From Synechococcus elongatus PCC 6301 (GTDB lineage Bacteria; Cyanobacteriota; Cyanobacteriia; Synechococcales; Synechococcaceae): a DNA stretch of 32,000 nt. Of the stretch, positions 1 to 8,381 are shown piece by piece. Numbering within the stretch: the stretch's first letter is position 1; every line of letters begins with the position of its first letter. A program made the position numbers and the translations under genes. The notes under the pieces were generated by a model, which made no database searches, was not told the DNA's origin, and was given only the letters and a program-made list of their open reading frames with translations. The stretch spans positions 2,310,001-2,342,000 of the forward strand of contig NC_006576.1 in NCBI RefSeq assembly GCF_000010065.1, given 5' to 3'.

Positions 1-448
1 CTAGCTGCTGAGCCTCTGCTGGCGTCACACCGTAGTTGAGTTGCACGGCGCCAAGGTTGGCAAGCAGCAAAATATCGGGCGCCAGATCCCGTACGTCAAA
101 GGTTGGCGTGGTCTCAGGCTGCCGCAGCATTACCCGTTGGGAACCCACACCCATGGCGAGCCGATACTTCTGCGCCGCGATCGCCAAACGACAGTTGATC
201 CGCTGCGCGGTTTCGGTTCCGCCGGTCATCGACGAGATCAGCAGCGGTGCCCCCAGCGATCGCCCCAAGAACTGCGTCCCTAGGTCCAGCGCCTGCAGAC
301 TCAAATTTGGCAGCGCACAATGCTGGAAACGATAGCGCTCCAACCCGGTCGTCACCTCGGGGCTTTCGACTCCAGCCTCAAGACAGAGTTGGAGATGTTC
401 AGCTTTCCGTTGGGGGAGGGACGACTCAGCTGCGATCGGGAAGTTCAC
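1..448 (-). CDS. fni: Isopentenyl-diphosphate delta-isomerase type 2 (FMN-dependent), N-terminal part; the gene continues past the window start
   Basis: The ORF track omits it because no stop falls inside the window. Hand translation of the minus strand gives [88 protein letters not shown], with the IDI-2 blocks ISSMTGG and MGVGSQR. A candidate GTG start at 446-448 lies 8 nt after the upstream gene's stop. Confidence 0.85.
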   Translation of the reverse strand, partial: MNFPIAAESSLPQRKAEHLQLCLEAGVESPEVTTGLERYRFQHCALPNLSLQALDLGTQFLGRSLGAPLLISSMTGGTETAQRINCRLAIAAQKYRLAMGVGSQRVMLRQPETTPTFDVRDLAPDILLLANLGAVQLNYGVTPAEAQQL

Positions 449-456
449 AAGGTTTC

Positions 457-990
457 TCAGGGTTGAACCGGACGAATGTCAATCACACTGCCGCCAAACC
501 GATAGTCTTTGCCCTCGAGTTCAATTGGGGTGCCCACCTTCAGCTTGACGTTCCCCAAAACATAGCCATCGGGCGTTGGTTGGGCTTGCCCCGCCAAGGT
601 GATGATCGTATCGCTGGTGTAGGCCTGCTCAGGGCGAGGATCGGGTAGCGCCTTGACTCCGCCATCGGGCTGGGGCACCAGAACCGATCGCGGCAAGGGC
701 TGGATACTAACTAAATCGATCTGACCGTAGGGCTGGTTGCGGATGATCAGATTGGTTTTGGCCTCTTTCTCAATCGTGGCAAAGAGCGCAGTGGGATTCT
801 TGGCGGTGAGCCCGCGAATCATCACGTCCACCTGCAGGGCTTGACGCTGTCCGGTGACTTGGGCGACAGAAGTCGTCAGGGTTGGCGAGAGGAAAATCCC
901 TGCGATCGCTGCAACCAAAATGATCCCAGCGCCCAGATCGATCAGGCTAAACCGGCCAAAAAGACGACCTTGGGAATCGAGAATAGCCAT
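457..990 (-). CDS. Conserved cyanobacterial membrane-anchored protein (DUF4330-like, from memory)
   Basis: 177-aa ORF. The N-terminus [34 protein letters not shown] forms a hydrophobic anchor. It is tightly linked upstream of fni on the same strand. Confidence 0.7.
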   Translation of the reverse strand: MAILDSQGRLFGRFSLIDLGAGIILVAAIAGIFLSPTLTTSVAQVTGQRQALQVDVMIRGLTAKNPTALFATIEKEAKTNLIIRNQPYGQIDLVSIQPLPRSVLVPQPDGGVKALPDPRPEQAYTSDTIITLAGQAQPTPDGYVLGNVKLKVGTPIELEGKDYRFGGSVIDIRPVQP

Positions 991-1211
991 GCTGGAGCTC
1001 TGAAGCGTCGGGCGCTATTCTACCGCTCGAGCGTGCTTGGGCACATCGTCCGGCAGAGACCGATGGAATTGACGACCCAGCGATCGCGACTGTGTTGGGT
1101 TCAAGCTTGAACGGTTGTTGTCGAATCGGTCGTCAGAGCCGCAGAAGCGAGGATTGGCATCAGTCGATGCTCTTCGCTTCGGCTCAACTGTCCTTGGGAC
1201 CTAACCGATCG

Positions 1212-1982
1212 CTAACTAGGACTGACCTGATCGCGAGGGTATCGTAGGAGCGATCGCCGACCCTTTGCTGGATTGGACAACACGGTCTGGAGGCGCTCTG
1301 CCAAATCGCAGACACGCGTTTCATTGCTCTGGGCCTGAACTTGAAACACCCGCTGGTTGTCCCAGTCCAGAGCCGTTAGCCAGCCGCTTCTGGGGTGATA
1401 GACCCCCGTATCTAGCCCCAACCATCCGGCACCCGCTGCTACATAGCCCGGCTGGATGCCCGCCATGGTGCAGGTGATTGTGTGGCCCACCAAAATCGTT
1501 TTGTTGGCAAAAAATGGCTGCGATCGCGCTAAAAATTGATCGCGAATCCAGCAAAACTCGTTGGCATCTTGGCGGCTCAACGGCAGGTCAGGATCGACGC
1601 CGGCATGCACGAGCCAAATCTCGCCTAAGTCTAGATAGAGCGGCAGTTGTTGCAGCCACGGTCGCAACTCTTCAAGAGCTTCCCAGCTGCCAAAACTGGC
1701 TAAAGTTGCCTGACCACCAGCTTGGAACCAATGCAATCGCAGTTCTGATAAGTCAGGGAAGGCCAGCACTTGGGACAGCAAGTGCTCGTGGTTGCCCATC
1801 AAACTCGTGTAGCCCTGCGATCGCACGAGGGCAACGACCTTGGCACTGTCAGGGCCGCGATCGATCAAATCACCCAGGCAATAGACCTGATCATCGGTAT
1901 CTGGGTCAGCCAGCTCTAGCAAGCGATAGAGACTGCGGTAATGCCCATGCACATCGCCAATAATCAGTCGTCGGCCTGCCAT
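1212..1982 (-). CDS. Metallophosphoesterase, PPP-family Ser/Thr phosphatase / ApaH-like
   Basis: 256-aa ORF carrying the calcineurin-like motifs GDVHGH, GDLIDRGPDS and GNHE in the canonical order. Confidence 0.85.
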   Translation of the reverse strand: MAGRRLIIGDVHGHYRSLYRLLELADPDTDDQVYCLGDLIDRGPDSAKVVALVRSQGYTSLMGNHEHLLSQVLAFPDLSELRLHWFQAGGQATLASFGSWEALEELRPWLQQLPLYLDLGEIWLVHAGVDPDLPLSRQDANEFCWIRDQFLARSQPFFANKTILVGHTITCTMAGIQPGYVAAGAGWLGLDTGVYHPRSGWLTALDWDNQRVFQVQAQSNETRVCDLAERLQTVLSNPAKGRRSLLRYPRDQVSPS

Positions 1983-1988
1983 GGTCGA

Positions 1989-2738
1989 TCAGCTCCCGAG
2001 GGCTCGGAGAAAGCGTTGTAATTCGTTCAAGAGACCGCCACGACTCGGTCGCGTAGGGGCTGTTGGAGCTGCCACCCCAAGGGGCACCTCGACATCCACG
2101 GGGGCAAGGCCGGCAAAGAGCCGATCGAGGTCTTCCCCGTTGGGTCGTTGGTCATATTCCTGCAGCAGCTCATAGCCAGTGTCGGTTTCTTGCCACACCT
2201 GCCAGCGCTGCGGGTAGGCCTGAAAAATGGCGGCCCCTTCCAAAGGCGAGAGGTAGTAAGCCGACTGCCACTGATTCAGAAAGCGTTCCCGCAGTTGCCG
2301 CGCTGCATAGCCAATGCCAATGGTGGCCACATCCTCCAATCGCGGGTTCAACAAGATCACGGGGCGATCGCCAATCTCTTGACAGAGTTGTTCCAACCGC
2401 TGGACTTCAACCGACGAGGGCTCAATGAAAATAAACAGCTCTTCCTCGGGCTGTACGGCTGCTTTCAGCTCCTCCATGCCCCGCACTGAAAACGGTAGCT
2501 CTCCCCAATCACGCCGAGCTAGGGCCGCAGCGCCCGGATCGGGGAAGAAGACCCGCAGCTTAGCTCCTCGGTCGAGGAAAGCCGCTAAAAACTGCCAAGC
2601 GATCGGCTGAATTTTGAGCTCTGGGATCGCTAGGTCAACTTGAATGCGGGTCAATCCGGCGGCAAGGGCCCGCTGGGCTGCCTCCTTGGCCTGTTCGACA
2701 GCGGTTTCAAGATCGGCGGGAAAAGCCAGCATAAGCAA
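1989..2738 (-). CDS. Conserved cyanobacterial/plastid-lineage protein (DUF1995-like, from memory)
   Basis: 249-aa ORF. It ends 6 nt upstream of the phosphatase start and begins 5 nt after the cysteine desulfurase stop, so it sits in the same-strand operon. The N-terminus LETAVEQAKEAAQRALAAGLTRIQVDLAIPELK is typical of that family as I recall it. Confidence 0.65.
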   Translation of the reverse strand: MLMLAFPADLETAVEQAKEAAQRALAAGLTRIQVDLAIPELKIQPIAWQFLAAFLDRGAKLRVFFPDPGAAALARRDWGELPFSVRGMEELKAAVQPEEELFIFIEPSSVEVQRLEQLCQEIGDRPVILLNPRLEDVATIGIGYAARQLRERFLNQWQSAYYLSPLEGAAIFQAYPQRWQVWQETDTGYELLQEYDQRPNGEDLDRLFAGLAPVDVEVPLGVAAPTAPTRPSRGGLLNELQRFLRALGS

Positions 2739-2743
2739 TCCAG

Positions 2744-3904
2744 TTAGGCCGGAGACAACAACGAGGCTTGGGGCAAGCTGTGGAGCGCCGATCGCAGGGC
2801 GATCGCCGCCGCTTCTACCTCAGCCAACTGGGTCGATCGACCCAGGCTGAAACGAATACCTGCCAAGGCTTCTTGGGGACTATACCCCATGGCTAGCAGG
2901 ACGGGACTGGGCTGGCTGCGGCCACTGTTGCAAGCAGAACCGCCACTGATGCCAAAACCCAGCCGATTCATGGCTCGTACCAGCTGTTGACTGGTCCCAG
3001 TTGTGCCACCTCGGGCGATAAAACTGGCATGATGGGGCAGCCGCTGGATGGGGTCACCTGTCAGCCTGAGACGGGGTTCGGTGGCCAGTACCGCAATGAG
3101 GCGATCGCGCAGGGATTGGAGGCGCGCCGTCTCGTGGGGGAGTTCGGCGGCGGCAAGCTGGGCGGCTTCACCAAAGGCCGCGATCGCAGCAATCGGTGGC
3201 GTTCCCGAGCGCAGGCCACTTTCTTGATTCCCACCCTGCAGGAGGGGCGCTAACTCAACACCTGGCCGAATGTAGAGTGCCCCAACTCCTTGGGGACCGT
3301 AGAGTTTATGGCTGGAGAGCGAGAGCAAATCGATCGGCAGCCGCTGCACATCGATCGGTAAACGTCCCGCTACTTGGACCGCGTCGGTGTGGAAGAGGAT
3401 GCCATGTTCACGAGCGATCGCGGCAAGCTCTGCGATCGGTTGGATCGTTCCGACTTCGCTTTGACCCCAGATCACTGAGATCAGGCGGGTGTCTGGGCGA
3501 ACCGCACTGGCCAGATCCGCGGGTTGAATGCGGCCGCTACGATCAACCGGCAAGCGCGTTACCTGCCAGCCCCGTTGCTCTAGCCAAGCGGCTGGCCGAG
3601 CGATCGCGGAATGTTCGACGGCGGAGATGATCAGATGCCCCGGCCGCGGGTCTGCAAGATAGGGACTGAGAATTGCCCAGTTATCCGATTCCGTACCGCC
3701 GGAGCTAAAGGCGATTGCCTCCGGTTCCGCTTGGATCAGGGCCGCGACCTGCTGGCGCGATCGCTCTAGCACGAGGGCTGCGCGATTACCCCACTGGTGC
3801 AAGCTAGCTGCATTGCCCCACTGCTCTTGGGCAACGGCCGTGAAACGCTCCAAAACCTCAGGCCGCATCGAGGTCGTGGCGCTGTAGTCCAAGTAGGTTG
3901 ACAT
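2744..3904 (-). CDS. Cysteine desulfurase, class V aminotransferase (NifS/IscS-like)
   Basis: 386-aa ORF. The PLP-lysine motif is SLSSHKLYGPQGVGALYIR, and the active-site Cys loop is SGGSACNSG near the C-terminus. Confidence 0.9.
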   Translation of the reverse strand: MSTYLDYSATTSMRPEVLERFTAVAQEQWGNAASLHQWGNRAALVLERSRQQVAALIQAEPEAIAFSSGGTESDNWAILSPYLADPRPGHLIISAVEHSAIARPAAWLEQRGWQVTRLPVDRSGRIQPADLASAVRPDTRLISVIWGQSEVGTIQPIAELAAIAREHGILFHTDAVQVAGRLPIDVQRLPIDLLSLSSHKLYGPQGVGALYIRPGVELAPLLQGGNQESGLRSGTPPIAAIAAFGEAAQLAAAELPHETARLQSLRDRLIAVLATEPRLRLTGDPIQRLPHHASFIARGGTTGTSQQLVRAMNRLGFGISGGSACNSGRSQPSPVLLAMGYSPQEALAGIRFSLGRSTQLAEVEAAAIALRSALHSLPQASLLSPA

Positions 3905-3957
3905 ACAGGTTCTGTCCTTACCGTCCTTCGCTGACGGAAATGGAGCCAGTCGGAACG

Positions 3958-4200
3958 CTAGAAATCGTCGGGACGAATGCCGTCTTCAGGAAACACCCAC
4001 TGCGGCCCACCATTGCCACTGAGGCGCTCAAGCTGACGCCGCCGCACGGCCTCAGCTGCCATTTCCAGCATTTGATCCAAGGGCGTCTCGCGGATGAAGC
4101 GCTCAGCATCCTCCTGAAACGGTCGACCCGGGCATCGATCGCCCAAGACGCATCCCTCAAGACAATCCACGGCACAGTTGACGCTGGCAGGCTCCGACAT
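3958..4200 (-). CDS. Small Cys-rich acidic protein of unknown function (80 aa from the ATG)
   Basis: ORF MSEPASVNCAVDCLEGCVLGDRCPGRPF.. with the pattern C-x3-C-x3-C-x5-C. The ATG is at 4198-4200; the track start at 4212 is a TTG. It lies between dapF and the cysteine desulfurase on the same strand. Confidence 0.55.
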   Translation of the reverse strand: MSEPASVNCAVDCLEGCVLGDRCPGRPFQEDAERFIRETPLDQMLEMAAEAVRRRQLERLSGNGGPQWVFPEDGIRPDDF

Positions 4201-4212
4201 GATTGGCAGCAA

Positions 4213-5055
4213 TTAGGCAGCTAGTTCCATGCTACCGCTGAACACCTTAACTGCCGGGCCAGTCATAAACAGATGACCGTCTTCTCGCCATTCAATTTGT
4301 AGCGGCCCGCCCGGAAGTTCCACCGTCGCTTGGCGATCGCTCCGACCGGTCAGGACAGCCGCGACCAAGGTGGCACAAGCTCCGGTTCCACAGGCTAGGG
4401 TTGCGCCAGCCCCTCGCTCCCAGACGCGCATCTTCAGGTAGTCGGGCCGGACAACCTCGACAAACTCAGTATTGGTGCGCTGGGGAAAGACAGGATGATG
4501 CTCAAACAGTGGCCCGATCTCCGCTAAGGGAACGGCCGCAACATCCTCGACGAAGGTAATGCAGTGGGGGTTACCCATGCTGACGGTTGTGACCTTCCAA
4601 GGGCGATCGCCTACTTCCAAGTCTGCTTCGACGACACGATCGCCAGTACCTGTCAGCGTCGTCGGGATTTCAACTGGTTTGAGGTAAGCCGGCCCCATAT
4701 CGACAGTGACTAAGCCAGTCTCGGTTAGCGTTGGCACAATCAAGCCAGCACCGGTAGCAATGCGATAGCGGGATTGAGCCCCGCCATCCAGCTCGCTCAA
4801 AAATTTGGCCAAACAGCGGATGCCGTTGCCGCACATCTCCGGTTCTGAACCGTCAGAGTTAAAGATCCGCATGACATAGTCGCTGTCGCCGCTGCCGGGC
4901 AGCGCAAAAATGACGCCGTCCGCACCGACCCCAAAGTTGCGATCGCAGACCTGCACTGCTTGCTCCGGGGTTAGCCTTGGTTCCCCAGACTCGCGGTTGT
5001 CCACCAGGATGAAATCATTGCCAAGACCGTGATATTTCGCGAACTGCAGAGACAT
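4213..5055 (-). CDS. dapF: Diaminopimelate epimerase
   Basis: The N-terminus [20 protein letters not shown] and the two catalytic Cys motifs ([17 protein letters not shown]) are present. I prefer the ATG at 5053-5055 over the track TTG at 5070. Confidence 0.92.
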   Translation of the reverse strand: MSLQFAKYHGLGNDFILVDNRESGEPRLTPEQAVQVCDRNFGVGADGVIFALPGSGDSDYVMRIFNSDGSEPEMCGNGIRCLAKFLSELDGGAQSRYRIATGAGLIVPTLTETGLVTVDMGPAYLKPVEIPTTLTGTGDRVVEADLEVGDRPWKVTTVSMGNPHCITFVEDVAAVPLAEIGPLFEHHPVFPQRTNTEFVEVVRPDYLKMRVWERGAGATLACGTGACATLVAAVLTGRSDRQATVELPGGPLQIEWREDGHLFMTGPAVKVFSGSMELAA

Positions 5056-5177
5056 AACTGCTGGGGACAAACCACGGTCTCGATCCTACGGCGATCGTGG
5101 CCTTGGATTTGCTGCAATCGCTGCAGAGGTGGGGTCAGGGTGCTAAGCTGCGGTCGCTAGCGCTCCCTACAATTTCT

Positions 5178-5390
5178 GTGGCCTTGCTCGATACCAGCCT
5201 GCCCAGTGTTCGACTTCTACAGCAATACATTCGCGAGCAGGTATTTCTAGAAGTCAAACTCAACAGCGGTGATATCTGGCAGGCGCGGCTGCTCTGGCAA
5301 GACCCAGACTGCCTCTGCCTCAAAACCCCTCAAGAAGAAACGGTGATCCTGTGGCGAGCGGCGCTCGTGTCGCTGCGACCCCTCCTCTAG
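5178..5390 (+). CDS. hfq: Cyanobacterial-type Hfq (Sm-like RNA chaperone homologue)
   Basis: DTSLPSVRLLQQYIREQVFLEVKLNSGDIWQARLLWQDPDCLCLK..ILWRAALVSLRP matches the cyanobacterial Hfq pattern (TSLPSxR..LQ..I....EIKL..GD....WQDP.C.C) recalled from the Anabaena and Synechocystis proteins. The track ORF starts at GTG 5097; an in-frame GTG at 5178 gives the usual length of about 70 aa. Confidence 0.75.
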   Translation: MALLDTSLPSVRLLQQYIREQVFLEVKLNSGDIWQARLLWQDPDCLCLKTPQEETVILWRAALVSLRPLL

Positions 5391-5453
5391 AGGCGATCGC
5401 CCGACTCAGTCTTCGCGAAATCACTGCTGGCTTACGCGATCGGGAACTCCATC

Positions 5454-6305
5454 ATGCTGCGTCCTCTGCTCCCCTCATTTCTCTCAGTGGTGGCGCTCAC
5501 ACCAGTGATTGTTCAGCCCACCGACGTGCTGACGGCAACCGTGACGCCGCTGGCACCGCGACAGGGCGAAACCCTGCAAGTCAGCATCCAGTCCTCGGCT
5601 GAAACGCCGCCTCAAGTGCGCTTTGGCCCCCGCACAATTCCTGTATTTGGGATCGGTGCAGGCCAGTATCGCGCCCTAATTCCGACAACACCTGTTCTGA
5701 AAACCGGCGGCTATTTACTAACGGTGCAAGGAGCGACCCAAGCGCGCCGCATCCCGATCGAAGTGGCACGCCGCAGTTTTCCGGTGCAGCGGATCTGGCT
5801 GCCGCCTGGTAAGTCCGACTTGGGCACAGACTTCGAGTTCGATCGTGTTGATGCCTTCAAGGCACTGATTACGCCGGAACTATTCTGGACTGGCCCCTTG
5901 CGCCGCCCAGCCCCTGGTCGCATCTCCACGGGCTATGGCGTGCGCCGCTACTACAACGGCGTGTTTGCTGAAGACTACTTCCATCGCGGTCTTGACTACG
6001 CCGATGCCACCGGAACTCCAGTGCGAGCGCCTGCGGCTGGCCGGATCGCCTTGGTCGGCTACGAGCAACAGGGCTTTGAAGTCCATGGCAACACGATCGG
6101 TATTGACCATGGTCAGGGCATTGCCAGCATTCTGATTCACCTCAACCGCATCAACGTTCGCGAAGGCCAGTTTGTCCAGGCCGGCGACGTCATTGGCACC
6201 GTAGGCAATACGGGCGCTTTTACGGGCCCGCACCTGCACTGGGGCTTTTATGTGCTGGGTGAATCGGTAGATCCCACACCATGGTTACAGCGAGGACTGA
6301 ACTGA
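5454..6305 (+). CDS. M23 family (LytM-type) metallopeptidase, secreted
   Basis: 283-aa ORF with a signal-like N-terminus. M23 motifs present: HRGLDYA, GNTIGIDHGQG and GNTGAFTGPHLHWG. Confidence 0.9.
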   Translation: MLRPLLPSFLSVVALTPVIVQPTDVLTATVTPLAPRQGETLQVSIQSSAETPPQVRFGPRTIPVFGIGAGQYRALIPTTPVLKTGGYLLTVQGATQARRIPIEVARRSFPVQRIWLPPGKSDLGTDFEFDRVDAFKALITPELFWTGPLRRPAPGRISTGYGVRRYYNGVFAEDYFHRGLDYADATGTPVRAPAAGRIALVGYEQQGFEVHGNTIGIDHGQGIASILIHLNRINVREGQFVQAGDVIGTVGNTGAFTGPHLHWGFYVLGESVDPTPWLQRGLN

Positions 6306-6832
6306 TGACGATCGCCTTAGAACAGTGCGTGGATGAAGCTCTGCGTCTGGGCTTTCTGACGCCAGCCCTCGAAGCCAGCGTCAACCAAGTCTGCGATCAA
6401 GCAACGGCGCTGTCGGAACTGCAGCAGTTGGCCTTGCGCCGTTTGATTAGTGCTCTGCGCAGCGGCGAAGTGATCGTGGTGCCTCGGCAGCAGCTATTCA
6501 ACCTGATGGAAGAGCTGGTTTTCTCAGAAGCGATCGCTCAAGTGAGTGCCTTTGAGTTGCGCGAGGAAGTCACCCTTGATCTGCCTGCGATCGTCGTCCA
6601 CGCCCTCAATCGCTTGCCGCCGCTTTACGCCACCAGCCTCGATCAGGCTCAAACCCTCCGCCAGCTGGGCCTGCAGCAGTATCAAGCTCTGATTGCAGCA
6701 CGGGTTAGCGAAGCTATCTCCTTGGGTTTTGGTTTGCGATCGTCGGGGCCAAGTACAGAGGTCGGTCGCGATCGCCAGCCACTACTCCTGCAAGTGGCAC
6801 CGCTGTTGCAGATGCTGGCTCCCGACGATTAG
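6305..6832 (+). CDS. ComFB-domain protein
   Basis: The ATG at 6305 overlaps the M23 stop codon by 1 nt (TGATG). The segment NLMEELVFSEAIAQV..LPAIVVHALNRLPPLYATS matches the ComFB signature (ALNxLPPxYxT). Confidence 0.7.
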   Translation: MTIALEQCVDEALRLGFLTPALEASVNQVCDQATALSELQQLALRRLISALRSGEVIVVPRQQLFNLMEELVFSEAIAQVSAFELREEVTLDLPAIVVHALNRLPPLYATSLDQAQTLRQLGLQQYQALIAARVSEAISLGFGLRSSGPSTEVGRDRQPLLLQVAPLLQMLAPDD

Positions 6833-7085
6833 CCTGCCTGCCTTTTTCCTGTACCGACAACTATCTCACTAGCTCTAACTCCTGTCTGGGTGAGCTAGAA
6901 CCTCTTGGTTGCCCAGCCCACATCCCAGTGGCACCGCGATCGGCTACTGTTGCCAGTCCAGGGCAGATGCCAAGCGGATTGACTAAGCCGAGCGATCGCG
7001 CCTTCCCGTTTAAGGGACTGCCCATAGACTGGCTCTGAGGCATCGCTCAACCCCGCAGCAACATGGCAGGATGACCCCATGACAG

Positions 7086-7110
7086 GGAACTTTTGCAGCC
7101 CAGAGTCGTC
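7086..7110 (+). promoter_or_regulatory. Candidate ECF-sigma-type promoter (GGAAC-N16-CGTC), probably autoregulatory
   Basis: GGAAC at 7086-7090 is followed by a T-rich 16-nt spacer (ttttgcagcccagagt) and CGTC at 7107-7110. The motif ends 31 nt upstream of the sigma-factor ATG at 7141. Confidence 0.5.
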
Positions 7111-7140
7111 AAAAGCTGCAATTGACAGGCGTCTGAGTTC

Positions 7141-7797
7141 ATGACTGCATCTGTTCCCTGTACTTGGTCTAATTCCGAGGCTACAGGTTCTCGCTTGCCC
7201 CTCTCCGCTGATCAGCTTCCGCTCGATGAACTGGTGCTGCGCTGCCAAAAACAGCCCAGCGATCGCCTTGCGTTTACGGAGCTGGTGCGGCGCTACCAAA
7301 ACCACGTGGAGCGCCTGATCTATCACCTAGCGCCCGACTGGGAAGATCGGGCTGATCTGGTGCAGGAAGTCTGGATTCGCGTCTATCGCAATCTCAAAAA
7401 TCTGCAGGAACCTCGCAGCTTCAAAGGCTGGCTCAGCCGCATTGTCACTAACTTGTTCTACGACGAGCTGCGGCGGCGCAAGCGTCGCCAGCCGGCCCTC
7501 TCGCTGGATGCCCCCCGCCTAATCGGCAACGATCAGCTGGATTGGGAACTGCCAACCGAGCAGGCAGGCCCAGACGAGGAGTTGGAAAAACAAGAGTTCT
7601 ACAACGAATTGCGGCGAGCGATCGCGGGGTTGCCTGAAAGTTTCCGCACCACGATCGTGCTGCGCGAAATCGAAGGCTTGGCCTACGAAGAGATTGCTGC
7701 CGCAACGGGGGTTTCTCTCGGGACTGTGAAATCTCGCATCGCCCGCGCCCGCCAGCGTCTCCAAGACCAACTCAGCGGTTATCTAAAACTCTTCTAA
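7141..7797 (+). CDS. ECF-type (group 4) RNA polymerase sigma-70 family factor
   Basis: 218-aa ORF. Region 2 reads DLVQEVWIRVYRNL..FKGWLSRIVTNLFYDELRRR. The region 4 HTH reads LREIEGLAYEEIAAATGVSLGTVKSRIARARQRL. Confidence 0.9.
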   Translation: MTASVPCTWSNSEATGSRLPLSADQLPLDELVLRCQKQPSDRLAFTELVRRYQNHVERLIYHLAPDWEDRADLVQEVWIRVYRNLKNLQEPRSFKGWLSRIVTNLFYDELRRRKRRQPALSLDAPRLIGNDQLDWELPTEQAGPDEELEKQEFYNELRRAIAGLPESFRTTIVLREIEGLAYEEIAAATGVSLGTVKSRIARARQRLQDQLSGYLKLF

Positions 7798-7880
7798 GAA
7801 GCCCTAAACTTCCTTGTCGTCCTGTTTAGGATAGGAATTAGGGCTAAAAGCTGTGAACGCAAACCCAGAGGTTGACGCCT

Positions 7881-8381
7881 GTGTCTGAGCAACGATCCTT
7901 CGAACGGACCTCAGAGCCATGTTTTGAACTGTTGAGCGCCTATCTCGACAATGCTGTCACGGCTACTGAACGGAAACAGGTTGAGCAGTGGCTCGCAGAA
8001 GATGCGGATGCTCAAGCCACCTTTGCCCAACTGCGAAAGCTGCAGCAGGTCTGGTCGCGGCAGCGATCGGCTGTGATCAGTAGCGATCGCAGTGCCGAAG
8101 CGATCGCGGCGGCTGTCTTTGCTGATCCCCGAGTCCGTCGTCGCCGCTGGCAACGTTGGGCCATTCCGACTGGTTTGGCGGCGATGGTAGCAGTGGCAGT
8201 CGGTAATTCTTTAGTGCCTGAATTCAGTGTTCGTACCGCTACCAATCGCGATCCGGTGATGGCTCCTTATCCTACGGGTGAGCCGCTTTTCTTGGCGCTG
8301 GATGAACCGGTGATCGAACTGCCCCGCAATCCCAACAATCGGGTCAAACCGGCTGCATTTCTGCCGGCCAGCCGCCGCTAA
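7881..8381 (+). CDS. Membrane-anchored anti-sigma factor (cognate to the upstream ECF sigma)
   Basis: The N-terminal anti-sigma domain pattern CFELLSAYLDNAVTATERKQVEQWL is followed by one TM helix (WAIPTGLAAMVAVAVG). The GTG at 7881 is 10 nt after AGAGG; the track uses TTG at 7872. Confidence 0.7.
   Translation: MSEQRSFERTSEPCFELLSAYLDNAVTATERKQVEQWLAEDADAQATFAQLRKLQQVWSRQRSAVISSDRSAEAIAAAVFADPRVRRRRWQRWAIPTGLAAMVAVAVGNSLVPEFSVRTATNRDPVMAPYPTGEPLFLALDEPVIELPRNPNNRVKPAAFLPASRR

Noticed and set aside
1100-1111. GGGTTCAAGCTTGAACGG, superficially like a tRNA T-arm
   Set aside because: It is a 12-bp perfect palindrome (TTCAAGCTTGAA). There are no flanking acceptor, D or anticodon arms, and no tRNA can be folded.
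1144-1186. A nested imperfect hairpin 26 nt downstream of the phosphatase gene on the minus strand
   Set aside because: The stem has a mismatch and no U-tract follows, so the evidence is insufficient to call a terminator or an RNA element.
3898-4224. Alternative ORFs overlapping the small Cys-rich gene (3898-4224 plus strand, 108 aa; 3918-4175 minus strand, 85 aa)
   Set aside because: They are mutually exclusive with the chosen frame. The chosen frame has an ATG start, operon-compatible spacing and a protein-like composition, whereas the others are Arg/Ser/Trp-rich.
5443-5463. A second GGAAC..CGTC pair at the M23 peptidase start
   Set aside because: The spacer is 12 nt rather than 16-17, and the element overlaps the start codon, so it is unlikely to be an ECF promoter.
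6895-7326. A 143-aa minus-strand ORF spanning the sigma-factor promoter and 5' end
   Set aside because: It overlaps the ECF sigma CDS and its promoter motif, and it has no recognisable domain and atypical composition.
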